Assembly: GCF_006345805.1 (NCBI RefSeq)
Contig: NC_042999.1
Location: 88,412,001-88,476,000, forward strand
Source of the DNA: Octopus sinensis
Lineage: Eukaryota
DNA length: 64,000 nt
Direction of reading: 5' to 3'
The position numbers and the translations under genes are program-made. A model generated the notes under the pieces. That model saw nothing but the letters and a program-made list of their open reading frames with translations, was not told the DNA's origin and did not search any database. Of the stretch, positions 49,566 through 63,772 are shown piece by piece. Within the stretch, counting starts at the first letter, position 1. Every line of letters starts with the position of its first letter.

Positions 49566-52500
49566 CCCACACTGCTAGGCTGCATCGGACATTGCCGCCT
49601 TTCCCTTGAGCAACATCAGTGACATGGCAAAGGAAAATCTTCATGCGTGGGCAATTGCTGGTCTTTTCACCGGCCTATGGCATGATGACAATTTTTCAGA
49701 CTTGATCCGTAGTTTCATGAGACACATACGGTGGTACGAGATAAAAAGACGTCCGTAGAATCTTCAATAAATCTAATGCAAATGGCTTGTAAGTGCCAAT
49801 GGTTTCATGGAATAAATGCATGAGACATGCATTTCTCACGAAATAAGACGCCAGATTCATATGTCATGTTACTCATTCCCGCTACTGCAAAGTAAACTAA
49901 TGAGATATAAAAACAAAATGTACCACTCAAAAACGGACTGAAATTCAGGAATGATCCGCAGACAGACAGGCAAATGATTTATACACTTAGCTAGTCCCTC
50001 TCAAAATTAATTCTTCAAATCTATAGGTATACGAATGCCAGTCCTTTTTCTATTCCAATAATAGTTTTTGTGATGAGTGTATGGCTTCACTTAAAAAAAA
50101 TTCTTCAGTGTCATTTTAACTCCTAACGATAGCTGCTGCTGTTTAGCCCGATGTTAGCCTTAACTGAACAAAACTTTGATAAGAGTGACAACTTGCTCCT
50201 CTCTCTCAATCATTGCATATCTAGGAGTGTAGCGTTCCTCAGTTTTCGAGTCAGTAGAGTGTAGTTTAAGAAATTTGGCAGCTATTTATTGTAAGTCGAA
50301 AGACTAAGTACTTTGTTCCTCTTTGACTTGCACCAATTTTGACTTATTTTGGTTCCTGACATTTATTTCTTTCAAAAAGGTATCACAAAAAATGGCTCGT
50401 GGAGTTATCTTCCAGAATTTATTACTTCTGGCTTCTAGAGCTCTTTAGATATAAACAGAAGAAAATATGGTATGAAAATTTTGAATGGTACTCTAGGTTT
50501 TTCGAATAACTCACTTTAAAAGGAAAGAAAAAATTCAGGAATGATCTGTGGACAGACAGGCAAATGATTTATACACTTAGCTATTCTCTCTCAAAATTAA
50601 TTCTCCAAGTCTATAGGCATATACTGATGCCAGTATAATTAGTAGATAAATTGGAGACATACAAGCATCAAAGTTGAAATGAAATCATTTCATAAGTCAT
50701 GGCACAGCAAGATGTCGACTAAAATGATATTTTGAAAAAATTCAATGCAACAAATAAAACAGTATATTGATAAACGTATCTAGCTCTAAAAAAATTCGCT
50801 TTAGATACTGCAAAGCACCGGAGATTAGGTGTGTACAGTAGCCAAAGATAATTAATTCTTCTCATAACAGTAGATTAAGTGCAACCTATCTGATGAAAAC
50901 GTTGACATACATACTGAAGACATTTTACTATCGTTTGTTTGCTTCTGTTTCAATGTTTAATGTTTTTTAGTTTGCGTTATCAGATATGGAATTGGATAAG
51001 TTGTTCTAAAGTCACCAACATTCATATCAAGGTTAGATTTGAAAGTGTACTTATTTTGCAAGACGACTTACAAATTGAAACTATCAACTATCAGGAAAGG
51101 AAGTAAGCTATAGTCTCAAAGATAACAGAGATAAAATACATTAAAAAAAACATTCATGTAGTAAACAATTCTGGTTTGTAAAATATAATTAGAAATCTAA
51201 AAAAAATGGCAGATACTTCTCTTAAAAATGTATATTTTGTAAGTGGCTTCTTTTCCTTCTTTAATTACAGTTTTATGCATTGTTTCAACATAATACAATT
51301 GTGAAATATCTTGGAGCATATCTTATTTAATGCACGTATACATCTATTAGCCAATGTCATAGAAAAAAAAGATAAGGTCTGGGGAAGTCATTTATACAAC
51401 TTAGTTTCTATTCCGGGCTGGAGTTATTATTTCAAAACAATTTGAAAACATATTTTCACAAGTAATGATGATAACAAGTCTTCAATATTGGACACAGGAG
51501 ATCGAATAGATCCAAATTCAATAAAATGGAAAAGTGGTTAAACGGGAGACATACAAATACGCATGAGTCAGACAAGTTAAACAAATATGAAGGTAAGATG
51601 AAAGATGTGTACAGTGTTAACAAGTTAATTAAAAACAACGTACTTGATTACATTGAATTGATAGAAAAAAAGCATGGGAGAACATACATTTTAAAAGTCT
51701 ACTGGCATTGATCTCTCGACCTGTTTCTGGAAATATGAACGGACAATTTTTGTACGACGCCAAGATTACACCTAGTACCACCTCATGCTTCAGTACCATC
51801 TTAAGAACCTTCCTAACTTATTTTTATCATAGATCTTATACCTTCTAGGTAGAAAGCTCTTAAATAGTTTTTACTGACACGTGTAACAACCTGAAGTCGC
51901 ATGACTTGGGATCGCAATCAAAAGATACTGGGTTTTGTTTCCGGACCGGACTACGTGTTGTGTTCTTGAGCAAGACACTTTATTTCACGTTGCTCCAGTT
52001 CACTCACTAGTAAAAATTAGTTACCACCTCACTGGCGTCAAGTTGTATCGGTCTTTGCGTTTTTCTTGGATAACATCGGTGGCGTGACATGGAGAAGGAA
52101 AGCTGGCACGCATGGGCAACTGCTGGTTTTCCATAAACAATATTTCCCGGACTTGTTCCTCGGAGGGAAGCTTTCTAGGTACAATCCCATGGTCATTCAT
52201 GACTGAAAAGAATCTTTACTCTTTATCCAGTAATAGCTTAACCTGCTATCCTGGATACTGGATTTTAAGTCCTTGCCAAACTCTAAACTGATCACAAACT
52301 TCTGTATTGTTTTATCTTACAGAGCCAATAGTGTATGAATATCTATTTGACCCACCTCATATCTCTGAAAGGTGATAACTAACTAGAGGTCGAGATCGAC
52401 GTTGTGACCGATGTCTTTGATGGTGACCATTGTATTAGCTCCGTTCTCAGTTTTTAGATGATGCACAGAGTGTCATACGCTCTCCCTTTCCCAATAAAAG

Positions 52501-54362
52501 AGAATTATCTTAATGTATCTGCCAGCCTTATCTCCAACAAGGAAAGCACCTGAAGCTTTGGCATGGTATAAGCAATGACAGCTACCAATTAGATGGGCAA
52601 CAGCAATAGCCCTGAAAACCTTAGCTGCTACTGCTGTTGCTGTACCCACCACTGCTGCTACTGTTACTGCTACTAATAACAATCCTACCTCCTATTCCTT
52701 TCACTAACAGCCGGCCATTACAGTGGTTAACTGCCACCGGCAACAGTTAGCAGGAAATGAAATACAACATCATGTGAAATTCATAAAAAACACGTACTTT
52801 TCAGAGCTAATATCATGAAAGATTAATTCAATTTATTTCAGTCAATTTTCTCTTTTGTTTCAGTATGACTAGATCATTTTTTAAGCGATTGAAACCGGTA
52901 GTTGCTTAGTTAAAGTGTAAATACTGTCTTAATTTTTCCATGATAAAGTTCTTAAAGTATCTTCTTCTTTTCCATTTTCCCCTTTATCACACATACACGG
53001 GCACGCACGCACGCACGCACTCATATATATGTAATATTATACGCATATAACGCATCAAGAAAACTACTAGAATGTTGTCTTCGTTTTCATTTCAGCAGCA
53101 TTCAGTCTTTTGAGTTTTTATTTCTAACATTCATCTCTTTTCCGTATTATTTTTCTAATAAATTTCTTTGTGTCAAAATCGAAGCCTCATGTTGTATGTA
53201 CTATTTATAATGGTCGGTATAGTTTCTCACAAGTACATTGATTTATCGACCAGTGAAGAACGTAAATAAAACCATTGCTAAATGATGTTTTGAAGGGGAG
53301 TTTTTTTATCATGAAGTGAATTTCTAATTCTCCACAAGGTTAACAAAAGTTTGGATGTCCGTTGCTAGGATCATAAATTTAGTTACAGAAATGTGATTTA
53401 TTTCGGTGGTTGTTTTCAGTTTTATAGTTCAGTGATTAACAAATTAGTTCCATGTGTGGAAGACCGATATTACCAAAGTTACTTCTCTGAAGAATTGAAG
53501 AATTGTATGTCTTTTCTTTCCTTCGCTACAGTCATTGTAATAAAGCTGTTGTTTTCAGTATTGATGTTATAGAATTAGTTTGAGACACGAGAACTTGCAG
53601 AAGTTCTCACAAGAGAAGCTAAAGCTATAATAAACAAATAACGATTGATATTTTTGTACAATTCTTAGTTCTGACATTTAGTACTTAGAAACTGTAAGTA
53701 GGAAATCAAAGAAGTGGAGACATTTTGGTAAAGACTTGTTTAAATATTTTTTATTGCCTAAGTATTTTCACTCTTTTGACATAAAATTGTAAACATAAGC
53801 ACTCCTCCGCACACACACATACACATAAATGCACACCCTTTGCATACATCCAGACACATACACACCTATTTATGTGAGTGATTTTTTGTATGTAAGTATA
53901 TAAGGAAATTCATGACAGTTGTTACTAATACTATTTATGACAGGTGTTACTAACACTAGTGATCAAACAATAAACAATAATTGGGACCCACAGAAATTTC
54001 ATGTTTTACAAACATTACAATTTCTATTTAAATACGTATAGCTCTTCATAGCATTGTTTCATAAAATTGACAATTTCGATAAGTCTTTGATTTTATTCCA
54101 TTGTTAAGGTTGTTTAAAACATAACACTGTTATGCTCTGTCGATTCAGTCAATCAGTTGTCCGGAGAGAATAATAAATAATAAAATATCAAATACTATGC
54201 TTCGCTTTATTGAGAAAAATTTAGTTTGATTCTGTTATTCAATCTGTTCATATAAAATAAATTATCAAGGGTAGCTGAGAGCAAGACATAACGAGTTACG
54301 CAACCAGAGTGGCAGAATCATTTATATTCTTGTGTATGTAATAAATAAAAATGGTAGCGACA

Positions 54363-54442
54363 ACTACTACTACGACTACGACGACGACGACGATGATGAT
54401 GATGATGAGGAGGAGGAGGAGGAGGAGGGGGAGGAGGACGAT
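54363..54442. repeat. Compound trinucleotide microsatellite (TAC)(GAC)(GAT)(GAG)
   Basis: Directly visible. Confidence 0.9.
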
Positions 54443-56639
54443 GGCAAAGGCAACAGTGGACAGAACATGATGATAATGTAGGTGGCTAAATTAGCAATAA
54501 TTTTATATTAGAAGGTGCTAAAAATTTTCATTCTAATGCTGAAGATTTTTAGTACATTCGTTTCGTTCGTCTCAAGCATAGTACGTCAATATACTTACTG
54601 TGAAATAAACCCTTCATTTATTATTAAACTAATCCAGAAGAGTTTGGGGTTTATTAGATCTAAAGTGTAGTGAAAATGTCGTCATCTGTTTTTAACTTAA
54701 AATTCTAGCTCAGAGCTTTCCAACAGCAAAACTAATACATTTTCACATATAATCTATTTTTCATGCCTTTCTTACTAACGTCTCTGGAAATCCATATTTT
54801 ACAATAATATGCTTGTAAAATATAAATTTCATAATCCAGAGAATTTTTTTTCTAAATACAGAAGAGTTGCAACAAATGTTTATGTTATATACCCAGCCAT
54901 CCTTTCCAGCACTGTTAAATTGTTAAATTATTAACTGGATTGATATTTTGTTTTATCATTAGTAATTGTTGATCATCAGGATACTTCTAATCAAAAAGTG
55001 TTATCATCAAAGCGTTCCATCAGTGATCATCCCGTCAATTTCTTGGCATAACTAGAATTGCGTAAGTTAATGTGTTTGTTTTCTTCAAACTTTAGGGTGG
55101 TATGTGTGTGAGATTTAACCGCTGTTACTAGCAAATCGAGCTATTGCATAAAGGTTCTCTTGTTGATTTACTTTTGTATTAATCGCTCATCCATGTTGCT
55201 TTTATTAGCCACAGCCTAGGCAGCAGCTATCAGCTCATTGATGAAGACATTTCATTTAAGGTAACCATGCTGTAGGCAACAGTATGTTAGCAGTATGAAT
55301 CTGAAGTTTCAAATGTAAACTTCCTTTACAGCTTTGTCAGGTTTCAATGAAGAATTGTCATGTTCTGCATTGTTAATCAGCTTACCAATCTTCTCCACAA
55401 CCTAACGGAAAGAAAGTCTACATCCTTCCAGCAATATCTTACTCATAACCCGAGGCTAGGAAAATTTTAAATAGCTGAAAATTATTAAAAAACAAAATTG
55501 GTTTTATTAGGTTTATAAGAAGGAATAAGTGCGAAACTTCAAATTATTTATTTGCTGTAGAAGTAGCATTCGTTGGTTTACAGAATGTAATTTTGAACTT
55601 AAAGGGACTCGGTAGTCAAATAGTTAAAGTAGTTGAATTACTAACTGGGAAAATAAAGCTACAATTCGTACTGCTTAGTGACTATGTAAAAATATTTAAG
55701 TTTCAAGCGCTAAGACTTTTAAATTACATATTTGATCTTTAGAATTATTTTTCCTTTTTTTTATTTTTTGTTTCAATCATTAAAATTTCTATTAGCAATC
55801 TATTATGTATCATGCGGGTGTTGTTTCAGAATCCAGCCTTTCCTAGTATCAGTCATTAAACATCAAAATCCGCGAGGGACCTCTACGTGGTTGTTCGATT
55901 GTTAAAATGGTAACCAAATCTCCCTCAAATCTGGCCCTGCCGCATTATAAAAGATATGAAATATTGTAGTCATAGATACATAAAATAACGGAATGTTTAC
56001 GACTGGAAAGCCTTTGATCATAGATCCGACTTAACTATCAGGGTTGATATTGGGTTAAACAACATCAACGTCACAAAGTAAAAATGTCAGAAACATACCA
56101 TCTATGTGTAGCATAGCTTTTCCATCACATACATAAAAAGCTTCAGGTCATGATGAAGTAACATACAATTCCTTTTCTATCTTTTCTTGTCATCAACAAA
56201 TATGCGACTCCATATATGGATTTGATAATGCATTCATTGACCTTTCAGAAGTTAGGGCGAGATTTTTCATAACACGTCCTGTTCTCTTCAATAATTGCAA
56301 AGTAAAACTAATATTAGTCACCAACTAATATATTCCTAGCCACTTATTTGATTTTACTTAAATTTCTTGTTAATGTTTCAAACATCAAAATACTTTCACC
56401 TACTGAAACTCTAGCCCGTTGATTTCACGATTAAATTGGAAAAAAAGGTAGATATATAAGTGTACAGTCTAGTATTCCAAATGTCGGTACTAGCACTGGC
56501 GCTTTGAGAGCATTTTGCCTTATTGAATGCAAACAGCTCAAACATAACTTTTGAAATCTGCTGAAAAATTCCTTTCCATCAATTCCGAAATACTCGTATC
56601 AGTCGTCATTGGAGATAGGAGAGATGGATAGTTCATTAA

Positions 56640-56799
56640 TATCCATATTTCTCATCTGGTTAGCAATTTTTCCTCGACTGACAATGAACACTTATCTAAC
56701 CAAACTCCACTAATTTATCATAGGAGACTGCTGTGGCCAGTTCTAATTTCTCATGATGTCGCGAGTAATACTTGGACAACGTTTAAGGTCTACTACAAA

Positions 56800-56830
<31 letters not shown>

Positions 56831-57465
56831 AAAGTGAGAGACTGACATTGTTTCTCTCTTGTGTGAGTCCTAACATGTAGCTTTGTCATTTCCTCAACAA
56901 GTCTGACGCGGAATTCACGGCCAGGGCGGGCAGCATTATCTGTTGACAATCTGTTTGCAATTTCAGTAACTGTTACATTTCTTATCGAAATCTCTTTGGA
57001 CCATGTCGTAATTAATCTTAAAAATGTCATCCACTATTTCAGATAGAATCCTAGCAAGGCATAAGGACTCCAGCACCAGTGAATGAGGGATGTTTTCAAA
57101 TGTCTTCTTATTGCCTAGCCATGCCGTCAAGAGATTTTGGCGAAGTTGTTTTGCTTACTTCAGGACAAATTTGTTGAAACTGTTCAGCTCTGCCCCGCGT
57201 CTTTCTCTTTCCCGCTACCTGCTCATCAGTCACCATGTCATTTGTTTCGCTGTAATTCTGGAGAAACACATAAAAGCAACTTGTGTAATAGTTTATAAAA
57301 AATAACACTTTAGCATCCTACATGCCTGTAACTTTTAGCCATTTGTATCTCTTGGTCCTTATGTACGGGTCTTACCTGCGAAACTGTCGCTCAGTGTACC
57401 ATATCAAACTCAACGTCCTTGTTGCTATAAGAGCGAAGAAATTGCAAAAATTGCGGTACCTCATG
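56640..57465 (-). pseudogene. piggyBac (PGBD4-like) transposase remnant, internally deleted
   Basis: MVTDEQVAG..RGR..FQQ (cf. VTVDEQLVGFRGRCPFRQY), RNVTV, REFRVRLVEEM; may continue at ~60388-60450 beyond the hAT insertion. Confidence 0.55.
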
Positions 57466-57887
57466 ATCTAAGTCAGTGTTTCCCAAACTTTTCGCGCCAA
57501 ATTGCAATATCGCCCACCTGTCGGCCAAAATATGCTTCATCGCCCACCTGTGTAAAAAAAACTTCATACAACCCAACCAACACAAAATCCCTTAGCCCCC
57601 ACCCCCGTATCATTTCACACACACACACTATATCGTAGACTCAGTGCCCTGCTAGAGCCGTGTGTACTAAATATGCAATTGTTTACAAATCCCTTATTAT
57701 GGGTTTAGTTTTGCCATTAGTGTCAATAAAATTCTAACGCAAACTCTATATTTTCTGACAGATTAACTTCTGGAAACTTGCGCTTTCTTTTACACTGATT
57801 TTCATTTTCCCTAAATGAATCATTGATCAGAATTACCGATGCAAAAATAATTAATGATTGAATTATACAGGAAAAGTATAAAACTTT

Positions 57888-59662
57888 TTAATGAGAAACA
57901 TGTGTCTGGTGCAATGCAGCTAGTGCAGATACATTCGGTTTCAAACTTGTCAATTTTAGCCGCAAGTTTCCTCGTTGTGTCACATTCAGTCCAATTCTTT
58001 TATGGGAAAGTTCCATCATGGTTAAAACCAGATTCAACCAGGTATGTGGTAGGGAAGGCAAACAAAAGTAATTTCAGATGTTTCCACAAACTGGGGTAGG
58101 AATTCAGTATACTTTGATGGTACCACAAACCTTCTTTGCCATTACAGTGATATCGCATTGTGGTGTCATTGTCATTTTGTAGTTCTATCAATTCCTGCAG
58201 AACGCCATCCTCACAATCGACTGCATCGACCGCAAACGAATTGTTATACCAATTTGGAATATTCAGCGCAATAACATCTTGAAATTGCTCCACCATGTTA
58301 CCGTGCAAGGATTGTAAATAGGTGCGTTATGTAGTTGAATCCTAATCAACTAATTTATCTTTCAAAGAATCAAGTTGTGGAAATTGATGAAACTGACGTT
58401 TTGAAATGTTAGTCTTGTACAGCACCAATTTCGAAATGAAGGTAGTGATAAATGATTTACAATCAACGAGAGATTTTTTGTTTCCTTGCAACAATGTATT
58501 CAAATCATTTAAGTTTGTGAATATATCACACACACACTCACACAAAGAAAAAAGATATCGCATCTTGCAGCCATCAATGAAGCGGATAGTGGAGTATCTT
58601 CAAAGAAAGATATGATTATACGAAACAGTTCAACAAAGCGTAAAACACAGTTTCCTTTTGAGAGCCATCGCACTTCGGTATGTTATAAGAGTTTAGTATG
58701 GTCCTCATCATTTCTCAGACAGAGTTGACGGAAAATTCGATCAGACAAGGGACTGGACTTCAATTTGTTCACAGTCTTGATAACTAACTGTAGCGCACCA
58801 TTCAACCTACTGTTCATAATTTTTGCCATTAAAGGCTGCCAGTGTGCCAAGCAATGAACAGTTAGTATCTCGTGAGAAATTTCACGCTTTAGGAGAGATG
58901 AAAAACATCTGTATCTTCCTATCATCGAAGGGGCTCCGCTCCATCAGACACACAGGCAAGAAATATTATTGAGTGGGATATTATGTTCAAAAAGGAAAGA
59001 CTTGAGAGTGTGAAAAATAGTTGCACCTCTTGAATCAAGCGGCAATGTCTTTGTGCACAGCATTTCCTCTCAAGGTTGAAGATCTTCGCTGAAATACCGA
59101 ACATATACCATCATCAAACATTGATTGTCCGCAACAGTTGACTCATCCACTTGTTTAGAAAATTCAGAACGCTGGAGAATATTAATGAGCTGATGTTTGA
59201 CATCGTTGGCCTTTTCATCGATGCTTCGAGAAATTGTGTTATCACTAAGGGGGATCTTTTTCGTGCACAACGGTTGACAAAACCTCTTCGATAACTGGGC
59301 AAAATAATGTTTCTTCAATTGTGTGAAACTTCCCAGACTTAGCAACAATCAATGCAATGTTGTACGATGCAATCAGCCATATTTCTCCTGTTTATTAGTT
59401 TCCTGGAGTAGCATGCTGAATGTTTGTATTTGCTTTTTGAAAGCGGAGCTCAGTTGCAAAAAGTATGATATCGGCTTGTCCTTCTTGTCAGAATACTTTG
59501 CATCAAAGTGATACCTCAAGTGTGAAGGTTTCATTGCTTCGTTGGTCAATGTTTGATGCAAAGAAGGCACTTCGGTAACTGACAGTTCTGAGGAGAGGGA
59601 ATAAATTCAAACGATAAAAAATCACTACTGTACTGTCGACAAATTTTGTTGACTGGAGGCAT
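57888..59662 (-). pseudogene. hAT/Buster transposase pseudogene
   Basis: CRQYSSDFL..PKCLLC, NEAMKPSHL, FSKQVDEST, CVSDGA, HCLAH, HTEVRWLSKG, FPTTYLVESGF; several frameshifts. Confidence 0.9.
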
Positions 59663-59784
59663 CAGTAAAGTGAAAATGTGAAAACGAATTTCTATAGATG
59701 GCATCAGAAAAGCAGTATGACAGTCCCAAAGAGAAGAAATCAATAGAGCAGAGTCAGATGACACGTCTTTACTGGAGTAAATAC

Positions 59785-60150
59785 GGATCTAGTTCGTTTG
59801 GCTGCCAGCATTTCAAAAGTTAAAGTTTATAGAAAATGTTAAAATTTGGCACATTAATATACCTTTCCAAGCTAAATTGCTGGAATTATTGAACTTTTTC
59901 CAGAAAAATGTTTTTAAAAAGTTATAGAGGTTTAAAGTTTGATCATTTTCACTCAGTCAAGAAACACGATTTCAAAGCTGTCATTTTGTGCGTGACTGCA
60001 CATTTTCTCCACATCCTGAAAATAGCACTTGTGTTTTAATATGAAATCACAGAATTACGCAAGACATATAACCCTTATACCTTTTTCTTTGCACGCATGA
60101 CAACCATCTCAATGACTGCGACAAAAATATTCGATCGATAAACAAGTCCG
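59785..60150 (+). mobile_element. Partial copy of the 31897-32691 MITE nested in the hAT 5' region
   Basis: ggatct..gtttggctgccagc; tttttccagaaaaat..gaggtttaaagtttgatcattttca..aaagctgtcattttgtgcgtg shared with 31897-32150. Confidence 0.75.
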
Positions 60151-62904
60151 CGTCTCATGTGAGTGGTCAAATCGATAAAAGTGCATCCTTATTCTAGGCA
60201 TGCTGATATCTATCAGTAAATGCAGACTTAATTTCTCAACATTCATGTCACCCACAAAATGTTCATATCGACCGCCAAAATCTCAAATCGCCTACCATTT
60301 TCAAGAAATTCGCCCATAGTCCACCTGTAAGTTGAAATCAGCCATCGGTGGGCGATATCACCCACTTCAGGAAGCTATGGTCTAAGTTGTTCCTAACACC
60401 ACATCTACCAAAATGATAATATAATTCACTTGAGATCTATGATTCTCATCGCAAGGGAAAACATTTGACCATTAGTCTTATAATGGTGTTGGGTTGCGCG
60501 TTTATCGATATCACTGCCTATGTGCTGAAGGAGATAAATCTTGTTGTAAGGGTGGCCTAAGATGACTGGTGCCTCCCCCCCCCCCAATTTCAAGATGATA
60601 CCAGAAATTTAGCTTGTGAAAACCACCTAAAAGTTAATCGTCATAGTTTTTTCTCTTTTCTTTCCAGCCTCTATGTTTTGAGACTCCCGTACAAGGCAGC
60701 AGAGAAGCGCAATTAAGTTGCTCCTACAACGGCAAAGTAGCCCTAAATACTCTTTTCCAAGTCAAAAATTTTGATAAGAATTAGGAATGCGTTACTGTTT
60801 CTAGACAGACATTCACTCTATGCTTGGTTTAGCCATCCTTTTAATAGTTCTTGTTTCCGTACTGTTGAATTTTGAAGCAACCCTATTTACCAAGCTACCT
60901 GGAAGGTGTGCAGGTTTAGTTTCCTCTGATTTTACCATGAAATACATTATACCGGATTACATGCTGCCAGAAGCTATCACGGCAACATATTACATTTAAT
61001 CACGCAGCATCACCGCTATGCTGTTATTTACATTCCAGATTTCCAAAATTTACTCCAGATCATATATTTTCTTAACTGAGAAGATTTTGCTGCGCTTCAT
61101 AGTTAGAATTTTTCTGTTAACTCTTAGGTAAAAAAAAGAAAAATGCTACAATAACTGCTAATAATATGAACTACCATTATCAATAACTTATGAGCCTCTA
61201 CATTGTCTTTCGATATGTAAGAAATAGCAACCAAATCCTCCTCATATCAATTATTCTACCGTCTTAAAAAAAGAAGTGTTCATTAGATAATGATGTCCTA
61301 GAAACACTCTGCCTGATAAAATGACGAGGTGGGCAAGGCTGCAAAACTTTTGATGATAGGTCTACTCTATCATACAATAATGATCATTCACTCTACGTGT
61401 ATTAAGTTTTTCTATCACACATGTTATATGCAAGATACAAATTGGACATTCTAATTTGATTCTTTGAAAATAAAGTCCTTTCCAATTACTAATTTCTGGT
61501 TGTATTATATCTTTTACATACTTTTAATAGTAATCGAAGACGAACATAATAGTTTAGTAACCTCTTATTCTGCTTATTCGACTCTGACAGCCATTCTTCG
61601 GGAAAATTATATTTTTATTTCTTGGTTGAATACATTTGGTGTAAGTTAGTTCCATTTAAAATTTTTATTAGTAAAATTACCTGTTTGGTGAACATAATAA
61701 ATATAGTATCTAATACGATTCCTGACAGACAGAAAAGTAATCATATAAATTATGTGTAAGATTACAACTAAATCGATTGAATGGAGTTGCAGGCAACATA
61801 GATCTGATAGAGAGGAAATATTGGTTTAGGCATTATGACAACAGAAATGTGTCTAGACAAATGGTAGCAAAAATCCACAGTCAGTCTCTGATTGCTTACT
61901 CTAATCAGTTGGTGTGCTATATTGACATCTTTGTTTCAGAATGAATTTTATGTTGTCAAGAAAACAACCATTTTGGCTATTTCCTAAAATGAATGGGAAC
62001 CAAGAAACTTTGAAAATGCCCATAAAAGAAACTTTTAAAATATGTATTATCATATGCTCTTCTAGTTTTGATGAATAAATGCATTTGTCTAATCCAAGCT
62101 GTATTAAAAGTGAACTTAAAACTATCATATAGATTAATATAAAGGTTCGTTTGTCAAGATTAATCTCTTATGGTGTTAAATATGAACCCATTCTTAAAAT
62201 ACGTGTTGAGTGAACATTAGTAGAGAGGAAGAAAATATTGATCATGGAATTAAGCTATTTCATCTGATATCTACTTTTCCCAAAATCAGCATAGTGGTTC
62301 TGCATAATCTTCCTATATGTAGTTACTGTAATTTGTTCTCAAACATAACATTCAAATACAATATCTTTATAAATTAAAGTCAACCTGAAGATTGAAGTTT
62401 TCTAGACTGTACACTAACGTCTTCAGTTTAAGTATAACCATTGTCGATTACTTTGATACTTTAATTTCTGGATAAACATTTTAGGTCATTCGAGAGTAAA
62501 GGAGAATGTTACAATTTGCATACGTAATAATTACGTCACACAAAAACAAAACTGTTTTGAATGGTTACATAAGCCCCATAAGTGTGTTACAATCTAATGG
62601 TATTGACTGTAAATACTCATAATATCAAAACAACAAAGACCTTCCCACATATGTCTTCTGTATGACGAATATACAGATAAGTGCATTTTACATATTTAAT
62701 GTAATGATCCAAAAGTATGTTGTAAGTAACAATGATTTCATTCTGGTCAAGAAAGAACATTAGTGTTAATGGTATGTCTTGTTCATAGAGGCAAGAGGAA
62801 ATTCTTAAATGATGAAGAACGATCCTCGAAACGTTATATGCCCACTCTTTTTCCCATCTATATACACTTGGAAATGGATGCATCGCATACAATTAAATAA
62901 TAAA

Positions 62905-62950
<46 letters not shown>

Positions 62951-62951
<1 letters not shown>

Positions 62952-63159
62952 CGGGAAAGTTTACGAAAATAAACAAAAGACGAAGGCAGGTGGAGTACAA
63001 ACAAACAAATGTATTAGTATAGCGCTCAGGAATAGAAATAGACAAAGTCTTTTATGTTTCGAGCCTACTCTCTTCGACAGAAAGAAACACAGAAAAAAAT
63101 AAGGAGAGAAGCAAGGAGTGAAAAAAATGCGTGTAGCAGCAAACGATTTATCATGGCGT

Positions 63160-63162
<3 letters not shown>
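62951..63162 (-). repeat. Short repeat embedded in (TA)n with a degenerate hammerhead-like core
   Basis: Minus strand TCGAAGA GAG tagg CTC GAAAC at 63056-63077. Confidence 0.45.
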
Positions 63163-63214
<52 letters not shown>

Positions 63215-63228
63215 GCATATATGAGTGT

Positions 63229-63772
63229 ATGGGTACATGACGTCACCACAGGTGCAAATAACATGAAATACGTAAACAATGAGAAGAAAAGGAAAACGGG
63301 ACAAATTAATACACAAAAAGTACCCTTCGTTAGTTGTGGGCTATCTACTCCTCATTTCGAGCATTCAACGACAATATGAGTCTTCAAAGACAGTTGCTCC
63401 CATAAATTCTAAAATAAAATTTAGGATTTATGGAGGAACAAAGTTGGGAACAAAAAAAAAATGACAGTGGAGGCATACAAGGAAACCAAACGAAAAAATG
63501 GAGTGTCGTTAAACCAGAACGAGAGGAAAATAGTGAACGCTAAGAGAAAAATCTTTTGACTCTCCATAAATCGTAAATCTTATTTTAGAATTTATGGGAG
63601 CAACTGTATTTGAAGACTTATATTGTCGTTGAATGCTCGAAACGATGAGTAAATAGACAGCCGACAACTGATGAAGGGTTCTTTTTCTGTGTTAAGTTGT
63701 CCTGTTTTCCATTTTTTCTCGTTGTTTACGTATTTCATGCTATTTACACCGTTGATGACGCCCTGTACCCAT
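63229..63772. repeat. Inverted pair of ~205-bp repeats around a ~125-bp spacer (PLE-terminus-like)
   Basis: 63229-63435 versus the reverse complement of 63562-63772, roughly 85% identical by eye. Confidence 0.8.

Larger units (their letters stand above)
57474..60379 (-). mobile_element. hAT transposon (Buster/Charlie group), 2906 bp
   Basis: Ends cagtgtttcccaaa and the degenerate ..ttcaggaagctatg; 8-bp TSD atctaagt/gtctaagt with central TA; subterminal atcgcccac repeats. Confidence 0.9.
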
